64,000 bases of DNA from Malacoraja senta (taxonomy: Eukaryota). Within the stretch, counting starts at the first letter, position 1. The number at the start of each line of letters is the position of its first letter. Below are positions 1 to 13,950 of this stretch, in pieces. Under the pieces are notes generated by a model, which worked only from the letters and a program-made list of their open reading frames with translations, was not told the DNA's origin and ran no database searches. The translations under genes were made by a program, and so were the position numbers. The stretch lies in assembly GCA_038087875.1 (NCBI GenBank), contig CM075988.1:5208001-5272000 (forward strand), written 5' to 3'.

Positions 1-120
1 CTCATAATAACTGAAGCCTGGACTACACTTGGAAAATGGTGCCAAGATATGGTGCCTCTTTCCTATGGGCTCCGTAGACCATAGCTGTACAACTGCTAGT
101 CAGGGTGGTATGGTTCGCAG

Positions 121-565
121 GTTCACAAGTTATTGGAGGAGAATTAGACCATTCACCCCATCGAGTCTACTCTGCCATTCAATCATTGCTGCTCTGCCAC
201 CTAATCCTATTTTACTGCCTTCTCCCCATAACCTTTGACACCCGTTCTAATCAAGAATTTGTCTATCTCTGCCTTAAAAATGCCCACTGACTTGACCTCC
301 ACAGCCCTCTGTGGCAATGAGTTCCACAGATTAACTACCCTCTGACTAAAGAAGTCCCCCTCACCTCCTTTCTAAAAGAGCTCCGTTTAGTTCTGAGGCT
401 ATGACCTCTGGTACTAGACTCCCCCACTAGTGGAAACATCCTTTCCACATCCACTCTATCTATGCCTTTCATTATTCTGTAGGTTTCAATGAGGGGACCC
501 CTCATCCTTCTAAACTCAGGTGAGTAGAGGCCCAGTGCTGTCAAACGCTGTATCACATGCTCACC
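121..565 (-). mobile_element. CR1-clade LINE 3' fragment
   Basis: RLTALGLYSPEFRRMRGPLIETYRIMKGIDRVDVERMFPLVGESSTRGHSLR. Confidence 0.85.
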
Positions 566-654
566 CACTAAATGCTACGGTGATACTCTACTGGACTGTT
601 TGTAAGAAAAAAAAATTACTGTGCATTTGCAATTTGCACCCCTTTAAAATAAAG

Positions 655-1057
655 CACCATCGAACCATCGAACCATCGAACCATCGAACCATCGAACCAT
701 CGAACCATCGAACCATCGAACCATCGAACCATCGAACCATCGAACCATCGAACCATCGAACCATTGAACCATCGAACCATCGAACCATCGGAACATCGAA
801 ACATCGAACCATCGAACCATTGAACCATCGAACCATCGAACCATCGAACCATCGAACCATCGAACCATTGAACCATTGAACCATTGAACCATCGAACCAT
901 TGAACCATTGGAACATCGAAACATCGAACTATCGAACCATTGAACCATTGAACCATCGAACCATCGAACCATTGAACCATTGAACCATCGAACCATTGAA
1001 CCATTGAACCATTGAGCCATTGAACCATTGGAACATCGAAACATCGAACTATTGAAT
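655..1057. repeat. (CGAACCAT)n 8-bp tandem array
   Basis: Directly visible, with TGAACCAT variants toward the right. Confidence 0.97.
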
Positions 1058-1654
1058 TGAACTCAACATCAGTTGGGATTCGGGGGATTGCTAAATACAG
1101 GTCCCAATTCTGTGTCCATTATTTAAGTCAATTATCATGCTATCCTTGAAGCAGGATCTCACAAACTCTGCCCATGATTGTATTATCATAATAGAAGGTG
1201 TTTCAGTGATAAATTGATACTCTGAAATGATAGATATGTTTATTAACATGCATAGAGCACCATGATGTTACTTAAGCAATTGATTAAATTAGGAAAATAA
1301 TTTTCTTCTTAATAAATCCCAGGATAATAAATGAATTAAACACAATTACCAACAATAAGTGATGTTTCATTAGTATCTTTCCAATGCCAACTACCTCCTC
1401 ATTACACAGTGTCTTTAATTGATGACAATATATTCAGCAAATATGTTAAAGGGGTGTTAATCTCCAACTCTCTGCACATTGTGTCAACATGCACTCATTT
1501 TGAAAGTGTTATTAGTTTTTAACTAATATGATTTCAGTCCCAGCTTCATGAGGTCTTAGATGAGAAGGAATGTAACTGCAAATAACTAGCGGTTATATTA
1601 CTGCTGGTGCGGGAGAGGCAGCACAGTCTGTGTGCGTGTGCCTAGCACCTTCCC

Positions 1655-2430
<776 letters not shown>

Positions 2431-3153
2431 GTCGCTCCGAGCGCTGGTGTGTGTCCAATGAGTAACAAAAGTCGACGGCAGAATGGATCATATGTGGAAA
2501 AGCCACAAATCGTTCATCGATAAAATGGGTAAAAAGTGGGAAATCCAGACATCCACACAGAGTTTGTGAAGGTGCTGACAGTGGCTATAGGGACTGTGAT
2601 AGACCACAGGGTATGGGATCTAAGTGAAGCTTGACTGAAGAAGGGTCTCGACCCGAATCGTCACCTATTCCTTTACTCCAGAGATGCTGCCTGACACGCT
2701 GAGTTACTCCAGCTTTCTGTGTCAGTCTTGACTATCAATAGCTTTTGAATTCACAATATTTATCCAACTGTTGTTAACAGGCATGACATGGACACCCAGG
2801 GTGTCCTCCCACCTCCAGTGTTCAAGTGACAGTCCAATTTGAAGAAGGTTGAATTTTGAAAGAAGTAAAAAATAAGTGTCTGATTAGAACCCTGTCGGTA
2901 CCAACACCTCAGTTCAATGGTCTCAAAGGGTCTCGCCCCGAAACGTCATCCATTCCTTCTCTCCAGAGATGCTGCCTGCCCCGCTGAGTTACTCCAGCAT
3001 TTTGTGTCTATCTTCGATTTAAACCAGCATCTGCAGTTCTTTCCTTCACACATAAACCTGGTACACACTGGTGAGGAATCACGATGTATGCTCTTCCCTG
3101 TCAACTAAAATAAAGAACAATAAGACAGAGTTAGTGATAGTAGAAAAAGTGTG

Positions 3154-3474
3154 GGCGGAACAGTGGCGCAGTGATAGAGTTGCTGCCTTACAGTGCTTAC
3201 AGAGACAGAGACCCGGGTTCGATCCCGACTATGGGTGCTGTCTGTACGGAGTTTGTACGTTCTCCCTGTGACCGCGTGGGCTTTGTCTGAAATCTTCGGT
3301 TTCCTCCCACACTCCAAAGGTTTGTTGGGTTTTAGGCTGATTGGCGTAGTATAAATGTAAATTGTCCCTAGTGTGTATACGGTAGTGTTAGTGCGCAGGG
3401 ATCGCTGGTCGGCGCGGACTCGGTAGGCCAAAGGGCCTGTTTCCGCGCTGTTTCTTTAAACTAAACTAAACTAA
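3154..3474 (+). mobile_element. tRNA-derived V-SINE (HE1-like), representative of ~20+ copies in the window
   Basis: A box TGGCGCAGTGA, B box GGTTCGATCCC, V-domain GCTGTCTGTACGGAGTTTGTACGTTCTCCC..., LINE-like tail GGGCCTGTTTCC and (CTAAA)n. Confidence 0.88.
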
Positions 3475-4057
3475 GAAAAGGTGAGCAGCCATAGAGCGGT
3501 GGGCTGCTGTTGAATTCCATGCAGAAGTATGTTAAGGAGTTACGCAGGTCAGGGAGGAGGAGTTCAGGGGGATATTCACCTACAACCTATCTGGATCTCC
3601 ACCTACTCCCTCATGGTCTTCTCCAGCTGGCGCCTTCCAGGATATCACAACATTGGGGCAGTACAGCTGGTAGAGATGCTGCCTCACAGCACCAGAGACC
3701 TGGTTTGATCCTGACCTCGCGTGCTGTCTGTGTGGAGTTTCCATGTTCACCCTGTGACTGTATAGGTTTCCTCTGGGTGCTCCGTTTTCTTTAGACGTTA
3801 GACTTTAGAGATACAGCATGGAATCAGGCCCTTCGGCCCAACGAGTCTGCGCCGGCCAGCGATCACCCCGTGCACTAGCACTAGGGATAATATACAGAAG
3901 CCAATTAACCTACAAACCTGCACATCTTTGGAGCGTGTGAGGAAACTGGAGCACCCAGAGGAAGCTCACGTGGTCACAGAGAGAACGTGCAAACTCCGTA
4001 CAGTCAGGAATGAACCAGGGACTCTGGTGTTGGAAGGCAGCAACTCTACTGCTGCAT

Positions 4058-4257
4058 NNNNNNNNNNNNNNNNNNNNNNNNNNNNNNNNNNNNNNNNNNN
4101 NNNNNNNNNNNNNNNNNNNNNNNNNNNNNNNNNNNNNNNNNNNNNNNNNNNNNNNNNNNNNNNNNNNNNNNNNNNNNNNNNNNNNNNNNNNNNNNNNNNN
4201 NNNNNNNNNNNNNNNNNNNNNNNNNNNNNNNNNNNNNNNNNNNNNNNNNNNNNNNNN
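4058..4257. other. Assembly gap (200 N)
   Basis: Run of 200 N. Confidence 0.99.
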
Positions 4258-5349
4258 TATGGGGAGATGGCAGGGGTTAGGAAGGAGAGATAGATCAGCC
4301 ATGATTGAATGGTGGAGTAGACTTGATGGGCCGAATGGCCTAATTCTGTTCCTATCACATGACCTTATGACCTTCCTACAATGTTATGGTTCTCAGTCAG
4401 TCTCACAAAGCTCACCTTGTCCAACGGATGAGCACAAATCACTCTCATTGCTCATCTATACCTTTCCCTTTCTTTGTTTAGAGATACAGCGCAGAATCAG
4501 GCCCTTAGGCCCACCAAGCCCGCACTGACCATCAATCCCTGCACATTAACACCATCCTGGGGACAATTTTACATTTACATCAAGCCAATTAACCTACAAA
4601 CCCGTACGTCTATGCAGTGTGGGAGGAAACCGAAGATCTCAGGGAAAACCCAGGCAGGTCATGGGGAGAATGTACAAACCCCGGTACAGACTAGCACCAG
4701 TAGTCAGGATCGAACCTGGGTGTCTGGCTCTTTAAGCGCTGTAAGGCAACAGCTCTAATGCTGCTCCACTGTTCCACTCTGGTGAGAGAGGTAGAACAAA
4801 GAGCTCTTCCATTATCTTGCAGTTAACAAGTGCAGAGGAAGAGACACTGGAGATCAGGAGAGCATTTGCGCTGCAGTCACTTGGAGATGGAGAAATAGGA
4901 GCTGCCGGATTATCAAAGACGCAATTAAATTAAAGCTCCCCGGGTAGTCATTATGTCAATCACGATTACCACTGAAAATGTGGATAAACTACAGTCATCT
5001 TCAAAATGATCAGTTGCAATGGATTCATAACAAAGTCATACTGTATCTCTCATCGTCCATAATGTGTGTCAGAATCAATTCCCAAGGGTGGAAATGTCAA
5101 AGACGAGAGGGCACCGGTTTCAGAATTGAAAGGCAATGTTTAACGGGGATGGGTGGGGTAAGTAATGTTACACAGAGGGTGGTGAGTACCTGGAACACAC
5201 TGCTGGGGTGGTGGTGGAGGCAGATATGAGAGTGATGTTGAAGAGGATTCTAGATAGGTGCATGGATATGCTGGGAATGGTGGGATATGGATCACGTGCA
5301 GGCTGATAAGAGTTGGCATCATGTTCAGCACAGACATTGTGGGCCAAAG

Positions 5350-6012
5350 GGGAGGGGGGAGAGGGGAGAGGGGAGAGGGGGAGGGGGAGGGGGGAGAGGG
5401 GAGAGGGGAGAGAGGGAGAGAGGGAGAGGGGAGAGGGGAGAGAGGGAGAGAGGGAGAGAGGGAGAGGGGAGAGGGGAGAGGGGAGAGGGGAGAGGGGAGA
5501 GGGGAGAGGGGAGAGGCGAGAGGGAGAGAGGGAGAGAGGGAGAGGGGAGAGGGGAGAGGGGAGAGGGGAGAGAGGGAGAGGGGAGAGAGGGAGAGGGGAG
5601 AGGGGAGAGGGGAGAGGGGAGAGGGGAGAGGGGAGAGAGGAGAGGGGAGAGAGGGAGAGAGGGGGAGAGGGAGAGAGGGAGAGAGGGAGAGAGGGAGAGA
5701 GGGAGAGAGGGGAGAGAGGGAGAGAGGGAGAGAGGGAGAGGGGAGAGAGGGGGAGAGGGGAGAGGGGAGAGGGGAGAGGGGAGAGGGGAGAGGGAGAGAG
5801 AGGGAGAGAGGGAGAGAGGGAGAGAGGGAGAGAGGGAGAGAGGGGAGAGGGGAAAGGAGAGAGGGAGAGGGGGAGGCAAGAGGGGAGGGGAGACGGAGAG
5901 GGGAGAGGAGAGGGGAGAGGGGAGAGGGGAGAGGGGAGAGGGGAGAGGGGAGAGGCGAGAGGGGAGAGGAGAGGGGAGTGGGGAGAGGGGAGAGGGGAGA
6001 GGGGAGAGGAGA
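5350..6012. repeat. Polypurine (GAGGG/GGAGAG-type) low-complexity tract
   Basis: Almost pure G/A for ~660 bp. Confidence 0.97.
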
Positions 6013-6476
6013 GTAGGGGCAGGGCAAAGCCTGGCAAGTAATAGGTAGAATCTTAACTATTCCACCTATTTTCACCAATTACTTGCCAGACCTTGTCCTA
6101 CCCCTCTTCTCTTCCAACACTCCCCATACCCACCGCCTACAAACACTGAAGAAGGGACCCGGCCCCAAAAATCACCTATCCATTGTGTCCGGAAATGCTG
6201 CCTGACTTGTTGATTTACTCCAGCGCTTTGTGCTTTTTTTAAAAATATACCAGCATCTACAGCTCCTTGCTCCTTCATTTTGGTTCTTCATTCTGCTCTT
6301 CAACTTTCCATTAATGGCTCCCATTATCACTGTCTTTGCTGACCAGATCCCTGCCCTGATAAACTTTGTGCTCGCATTGTCATTCTCCTGCAGCGGCCCA
6401 CCCTCCCCATCCTTCCCCTTCCCCCCATCCTCCCCTTCCCCCCCCACCCTCCAACCAATCCAGTTCCATCTGCCTC

Positions 6477-6768
6477 AGTTTAGTTTAGTTTAGAGATACA
6501 GCGCGGAAACGGGCCCTTCGGCCCACTGAGTCCACACCGACCAACGATCCCCGCACATTAACACTACCCTACACACACGAGGGACAATTTTACATTATAC
6601 CAAGCCAATTAACCTGCAAACCTGTATGTCTTTGGAGTGTGGGAGGAAACCGAAGATCTCGCAGGTCACGGGGAGAACTTACAAACTCCGTACCGACAGC
6701 ACCCGTAGTCAGGATCGAACCTGGGTCTCTGGCATTGTAAAGCAGTAGCTCTGCTGTTGCGCCACCGT
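6477..6768 (-). mobile_element. V-SINE
   Basis: Reverse complement of the 3154-3474 family. Confidence 0.85.
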
Positions 6769-7949
6769 GTTGCTTTTGTTTTTCTTTTGTTTCTCTTTAT
6801 TCTCCTTTACTCTCTTCTATCTGCCTCCATCCATCATGTAACTTCCTCTGATGATTTTTATCTTGGCCAGTCGTCACCTCAGATTTTATTATTATTGGTT
6901 TCGTATTCTTATCGTAATAAGTGAAATATGTGGTTTCACGTTTGATTTTCACAGAGCAATTTGAAGTTACTTCCTTAAACTGCCAAGCCTTTGACACTGG
7001 TTGCATTCCAATCTTAAAATTTCATCTGATTATACATTTGCGTGTTGAACCCTTGGAGGATTTATTTGGGCACTTTTAAAAATCCCCCAAAACTAGCTCT
7101 TGTCTCTCTAAGGTATACACAAAAAAGCTGGAGTAACTCAGCGGAACAAACAGCATCTCTGGATAGAAGGAATGGGTGATGTTTCGGGTCGAGACCCTGC
7201 TTCATTTGTGTCTTCTTCATTCTGTTTTTTGTGTCTACCCTTCTCTGCAGAGATGCTGCTTATCCCGCTAGTTGCTCCAGCATTTTGTGTCTACCCCTTC
7301 TCTCCAGAGATGCTGCCTGTCCCACTGAGTTACCCCAGCATCTTGTGTCTACCTTCTTTTTCAACCAGCATCTGCAGTTCTTTCCTGTACCTCTTGTCTC
7401 TCTATCTGATCAAAGTAGCTGGGGCTCAAGTTAAAGATTGGAATAGATTGGTTTATTATTGTCACATCTACCAAGGTGCAGTGAAATGTTTTTGTTTGTC
7501 TGCTATCCAAATAAATGTGATCATTAAAACAGTCAACTTATGCAGAAGTACACCAGGTAGTACAAAGAAGATTTAAAAAAAGACTACAGTACACCCTTGT
7601 AGCATTACGGTTACGGAGAAAAGGTCCACTGTCCGCAATGAAGGTAGGTTGGAAGATCAGATCTACACTTTAACTTATGGAGGGGCGACGTGGTGACACA
7701 GTGGTAGAGTTGTTGCCTTACAGCGCCAGAGACCCGGGTTCGATCCTGACTACGGGTGCTGTCTGTACGGAGTTTGTACGTTCTCCCTGTGACCGCGCAG
7801 GTTTTCACCGAGATCTTCAGTTTCCTCCCACACGTGTAGTTTCTGTAGTTTAGACGCTTGTGGTTTATGACTATGCTCCTTATTTGTAATCCCTAACCAC
7901 AAACCTCCAGCTCTGACCACTGATTTAAGCCTTGAATGGGCAACGTCAA

Positions 7950-8492
7950 CTCAGATGTTCGTCTGTATTTTATCGGGATGCATCACGGCATGGTTTGAAC
8001 AGTTCCATCCAAGAACCAAAGACATTGCAGAGAATTGTGATGCAGCCCAGTCCATCACGCAAACCAACCTCCCTTCCATTGACTCCATCTGCACTTCACG
8101 CTGCCCCAGCAAAGCCACCAGCATAATCAAATCTTACCCCAGACACCCTCTCTTCTACCCTCCCCCATCAGGCAAGAGGTACAGAAGTTTAAAAACTCGC
8201 ACCTCCTGATTCTGGGACAGTTTGTTCTTCGATGTTATTAGGCAACTGAACTATCCTATCATTAACTAGAGAGCAGTCGTGAGCAACCATCCACATCGTT
8301 GGAGACCCTTGGTTTATCATTGATTGGAGTTTATCTTGCACTAAACTTTATTCCTGATATCCTATGTTTGTACGTTGTGGACAGCTTGAATGTAATCATG
8401 TATTGTCTTTCCACTGACAGGATAGCACGCAACAAACAAGCTTTTCACTGTACCTCGGTACATGTGACAATAAATTAAACTAAACTAAACTA
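7950..8492 (+). mobile_element. Rex1/Babar 3' fragment, degenerate
   Basis: ILSGCITAWF...LPSIDSI...PSGKRYRSLKTRT; 3' UTR ending GTACATGTGACAATAAA. Confidence 0.75.
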
Positions 8493-8712
8493 ATTGCCAT
8501 AGGTACCAAAAATGGAATAGTGATATAATTACTTGCAGCAGCATAACAGGTCAGTAAACGCACAACTCTAGATAACACAATAAACAAAAGAAAACTGAAT
8601 ACATTAAAAAATATTATATTAGTGCAAAACAAAAGTCCAAAGCCTCTAGTGCAACCAAGACAGTCTGTAGTTCACAGTTCAGTTGGTGTTTAAGTAAATA
8701 TTACTTTCGAGT

Positions 8713-9045
8713 CAGAGAGAGATACAACATGGAAACAGGCCCTTCGACCCAACTTGCCAACATGTCCCAGCTACATTAGTACCACCTGCCTGTGTTTGAT
8801 CCATATCCCTCCAAACCTGTCCTATCCACGTACCTGTCTAATTGTTTCTTAAATCTTAGGATAATCCCTGCCTCAACTCCCTCCTCTGGCAGCTTGTTCC
8901 ATACACCCAGCACCCTCTGTCTGAAAAAGTAACCCCTCAGATTATTTTCCCCTTCACCTTAAACCTATGTCCTCTTGTCCTCGATTCCCCTACTCTGGGC
9001 AAGAGACTCTGTGCATCTACCCGATCTATTCCTCTCATGATTTTA
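8713..9045 (-). mobile_element. CR1-clade LINE 3' fragment (host of the DIRS insertion)
   Basis: Closely similar to 13465-13815; sequence resumes briefly (TACAC) after the DIRS right end. Confidence 0.8.
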
Positions 9046-12000
9046 CTTCGGAGTCACGTGAGTGACTACGTGAAGAACCCCGCCAGTGCGCCTGCGCGTC
9101 ATTACGTCAGACGCATTAGCGCAAACGGACGCGAGGAGCAGAGCTCCTCTAGTGGAATTGTAGTTTTCAACTACAAGATAAGTATAAACTTTTTTGGAAG
9201 TATTTCCGTGTCCGTTTACTGTGGGTCTGTGGGGATTTTTTCCACAGGCATCATGGAAAAAACGGGCAAGGGGAGGAGGCGAGCGGCACAGCCGATAGAG
9301 AGTCACGAGATTGCGGTCGGCGACCAGCCGCCTCTGACCACAGTACAGTTGCCAGCAGACAGCATAGCGACTGTGGATATTGGGGCTGAAGGGAATTTAG
9401 TCAGCACCAGTGGGGCAAGGCAAAGCCGATAAAAAGCTGCGGGAATGCGGTCGGTAAAGGGCTGCCTCATACCCTACAACAGTCGCCGGCTGGGAGCGGG
9501 GCGAACTGTGGACTTGTGTATTAAAGAAAAGAACGGAGCCAGCGTCAGTTGGGTGCTAGGCAACATACAAGTCAGGGCCATGGAGCAAGAGTCAGTTTGG
9601 GATTCACCTCCAAGGCTGGATACCACTTTCTGAGTGGATATTCCAAATGGAGAACCTGTACACAGGTTGCTCCAACAAAACATACTCCAGGAGGAGTGAT
9701 GTCAGAACCAGGCTCCAGAAGCCAGGTCAGCAGCACCTAGTAAAGGGCTGCTTGATAGCACCCTCATTGATGAGGCGCGTGCACAGGGTCAGCAGAGTTT
9801 CCAAAACAAGCGAAGACGGCAGCTGCCAGATGGGCTATTCCTGGCAGTACGATTTGCTGCTCTGTGAGAGTTCTGACCCTGAGTCTGACGGTGAGGCCGA
9901 TACAAGCGAAGACGGCAGCTGCCAGATGTTTTACTCCTGGCAGTACGATTCGCTGCCCCGTCAGAGTCAGGAGAGCCACTTGGAAAGGAAGTGGCCTCTG
10001 TGATCAACTATTGTGTCTGCCATCAGCTCTAGTAGCTTACGATGGATGAAAATGCCAAAAAAGCACGAGATCCCAAGGAACTGCGTATTGCTGAAAGTAC
10101 TAGCAGTGAACCAAGATATAAGGGGTCAGATGGGCGAAGGCATGTAAGCCTAATGAAAGTAAACTGCAGAGAATATTGAAGCTGCTGGGTTGATGAACAA
10201 CTGCAATTTGCAAAACAATGGATGAAGGCCATGGATGGAGATGCATCAAGTGGCACTAAGGTTGCTATGTAGCGCCCACTTCAAGATGAATTGTTTCAGG
10301 AAGTATGCCATTCGGTCCACCATGAACCCAAACTTGCAGCAACTCTGTAAAAGACCAGCAATGTGCAGTCATTCAACTTATTCTTCAGAGAAAAAAACTC
10401 ATGAATCGTGGGAAAGAGTTGGATAATGAGGCAAAAACAGCAAAGTTGATCACAACATCAATGGTCGTCAAGTCTGCAAAGAGGACGTATCCTTTCAGAC
10501 ATCATACAAAATCCTGGACCGACATCAGGATCAAATCGACCATTGAAGCAGGTACGCAGTTGATGTCCTGCAGCAGGAAAACGAAAAAGCGTGGGTTTTG
10601 CCTGCCAGGAGCCAGAGACCACAGGTCACTCAGATGACACAGGGGGTAGGTGGACCTGGTTCTTATGGGAACCTATTAAGGCAAAAACAGCCAAATATTG
10701 GAAGCAAATTACTTCAATTATTATTCTGAGTATTATAGAGGTTTCGAATTGATTCGATTCAAATACTGGTTTGCCATCCAGCATGTTCCAAGCAGAACAC
10801 TCCAATTTCACATAAAAATAATTGATGGAGGTTCAAGCTGAATTGAAAACTTGTTTAGAAACAAGTAATTGAAAGGTCGGTTTATCAAAACCACCAAATT
10901 GTGTTTAAAATTTCTCAACCTAAAAAGGTGAGGAGTATTTTAGATCTGACAAGTCTTTAAAATTTTGTGACGTATAGACACTTCAAAATGAAGACTTTGA
11001 GACTGCCAAACAATTTATTTCAAAAAATATGTTTTATGGCACTTATAGATCTGAAAGATGTATATTACTTTGGGAAGCCAGAAATGACTTGTTTCCATCC
11101 AGACTCAATCACCAGTTACAGAGATATGTGTTATGGGACTACATCGGGAGACAGTAGCGATGGATGTTTCTCGCTATATTAGGATGGTATGTTGTTATAG
11201 GCATTTTACTTCATCCTGTCTCATAAACCGGTGTCTGCTTAAAATGAAGCAGGATGCTGCCTCTGGGGTATTCGTGGTACCAGACGGGTCTACGCAGCCA
11301 TGGTTCCCTTTGATATTGGAATTTATGACACAGTTTCTGATAAATGTTCCCAAAAGAAGGAAGTTACTCCTGTATTCGATAATTGGAGAGTCACATCCGT
11401 CATATGCCTGTATGGATGCAGGTTTTTAAAAAAGATGATTGTCTGGGCATGCTTACAGCAGTCTGGCGGAAGAGTACTCAAAAGCAGTACATTTGTGAAT
11501 CTGAGTTGTGACTCTGTAAATGCTGCTTTCCCATTATGTAAAGAATGAGGGGAAAAAATTTCTGTGTATAAAAGAATATGGAATGTTGTACGGCACATGT
11601 CTCAAATATCTTGGATTGACCTCTATTTAATGGGTTGAGTTAGTGCGATTTATTCAGACAGAAGTATATTATTCCTTCTTTTTATTGATGAGGTTGGAAA
11701 GACATCCTGTTGAGTTTCGTTCTTTTATTTCCAGATTAATGAAAGGAATTTTAATTCCAGACCTTCTAAACCTAGGATGGAATCTGGAATATAGAGTTGT
11801 TTTAAGCTACTTCATCAATGGAGTCTTGGTACGATTCTGATTTGGCCAAGTTCAGCATGAAGGTAGTCATGTTTATGGCACTTGTAACATTACAAAAGTT
11901 ACAGATACACAGAAGTACCTCAGGATTATGTTATGTTTTACATTTTATGACCTACTCAAATGAACTAGGATCAGGTGTGATAGGATTCAAGAGTGTTTTG

Positions 12001-13036
12001 TTAGCATATTCTATGGATTCATGGATAATGGATTCATTCATGAAAAACCATACAAGATAGTGTCAGTTCAGACTATTTTAAGATGGTTAAAAATAAGTTT
12101 TGGTTGCTGCAGGTGTGAACATTGATGGTTTTACATTCCTTTCAGTTTAGCAGCAACATTGACGACCAGGCCGAAGGACGTCCCGTCGACCATATTTTCA
12201 CAGCCGCCGGGTGATCTAATAAGCTGGTGTTTCAACACTTTTACCATCGGCCTATTGCCAATACGAGGCTGTTTGCAGATACTATATTAAGTTCTGCTTA
12301 AATTTCCCTGGGTTAAAGGGGATACTGTTAATTATTTTATTCAAATAAATGAATTACTGCATTTGTCAGGCAAATGTTATTATTCATGCATTATTGATTA
12401 TTTCTCGTTCCGAGTCAATCAATGCAGCGAGAAGCCGGAAACGAACGATCTTTCCATACATTTATACAAACCATTGCCAGACCGGGGGCATTTGCCAACT
12501 TTATTTTAAGTTCTGTCTATAGTTTCCTCCCGGATGACCGGGGTTACTATTGTTATTATTTGTTCATAAAATGCATCAGCATGTCTATATCTATGTCATG
12601 TCTGAATGCATGATTAATGTTCACTCATCCTAGGTCAATTGATGCAGTGAGTGACGCATGGACTCGTGTCCACGGCATGAAATCACAGAGCTATGAAATC
12701 TTCACGTAGTCACTCACGTGACTCCGAAGTAAAATAGTAAGACTAAACGAGAACTTACCAGTTTGAAGTTTGATCTTTATTTTATGAGGAGTTACGTTGG
12801 TGATTACGTGCCCGCCACGACCCAACCCTCTATCATAAAGGTCAGATGGAAGTTCTTGAATTACTCGTTTTATTATGTTACTATATTACTTCGTTTGTTG
12901 TTTTTTGTGATTTCACACTGCTGCTTTGAAGATTGACGCGCAGGCGCACTGGCGGGGTTCTTCACGTAACGTAACTCCTCATATAACAAAGATCAAACTT
13001 CAAACTGGTAAGTTCTCGTTTAATCTTACTATTTTA
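9040..13036 (+). mobile_element. DIRS1-like tyrosine-recombinase retrotransposon, degenerate and internally deleted
   Basis: ITRs 9067-9101 / 12934-12968; ICR 12700-12798 complementary to both termini. RT remnant VRSILDLTSL*NFVTYRHFKM...FMALIDLKDVYY (~10928-11070); methyltransferase-like remnant LINRCLLKMKQDAASGVFVVPDGSTQPWFPL; YR remnants ISRLMKGI, VSVQTILRWLK and VDHIFTAAG*SNKLVFQHFYHRPI. Confidence 0.93.
12700..12798 (+). repeat. DIRS internal complementary region (ICR)
   Basis: 12700-12735 is the reverse complement of the left end (9040-9075); 12730-12798 is the near reverse complement of the right end (12968-13036). Confidence 0.92.
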
Positions 13037-13441
13037 TACACAAATATTTTATAACACATTTAGGCACATGCCCAGTTCATTGCTGACAACATTTTGCACT
13101 ATTTCTCGATACACATGACAATAATAATAAGTGAATTTCTTTCCTTGAATGTAGCTCTGCAAGGACATGGAAATCCCTTCAGACCCAAAGCAGAGAAGGA
13201 AACTTAATTGGGTAAAAGCTCCTTGATCTGAAGAATTTGCTCTATTTCTTTCCCCACAGATGTTGCTTGATCTGCAAAGTGCCTCTAGCATTCTCTGTTT
13301 TCATTTCCAATTTTAATTTAACTTTATTTTAATTTGAAAAGACTGAATGTGAACTGTCTGGAACTGTATATAGTGTTATTCTCTGTTAGTCAGTGACATG
13401 CACTGTGATTATAATAACAGGTACTCACTTACATGGATCTT

Positions 13442-13950
13442 AGAGTCATAGAGAATCATGAAGTGATACAGTGTGGAAACGGGTCCTTCGGCCCAACTTG
13501 CCCACACCGGCCAACATGTCCCAGCTACACTAGTCCCACCTGCCCGCGTTTGGTCCATATCCCTCCAAACCTGTCCTATCCATGTACTGTACCTGTTTAA
13601 CTGTTTCTTAAATGTTGGGATAGTCCCTGCCTCAACTACCTCCTCTGGCAGCTTGTTCCATACACCCACTACCCTTTGTGTGAAAAAGTTACCCCTCAGA
13701 TTCCTATTAAATCTTTTCCCCTTCACCTTAAACCTATGTCCTCTTGTCCTCGATTCACCTATTCTCGGCAAGAGACTCTGTGCATCTACCCGATCTATTC
13801 CTGTCATGATCTTACACACCTCTATAAGATCACTCCTCATCCTCCTGCGCTCCAAGGAATAGAGACCCAGCCTACTCAACCTCTCCCTATAGCTCAGACC
13901 CTCTAGACCTGGCAACAACCTCGTAAATCTTTTTGTACCCTTCCCAGCTT
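13442..13950 (-). mobile_element. CR1-clade LINE 3' fragment
   Basis: LPGLEGLSYRERLSRLGLYSLERRRMRSDLIEV...TRGHRFKV...FFTQRVVGVWNKLP. Confidence 0.88.

Noticed and set aside
3154..3240. tRNA-like A/B boxes here and at many other sites
   Set aside because: SINE heads followed by V-domain and tail; not cloverleaf tRNA genes.
3910..4528. ORFs spanning the N run
   Set aside because: Artefacts of the assembly gap.
5140..6078. Long PS/L- and GER-rich ORFs
   Set aside because: Translations of the polypurine simple repeat, open in all frames.
9037..9432. 131-aa ORF at the DIRS left end as a host gene
   Set aside because: Starts in the CR1 flank and runs through the ITR into the probable decayed gag start.
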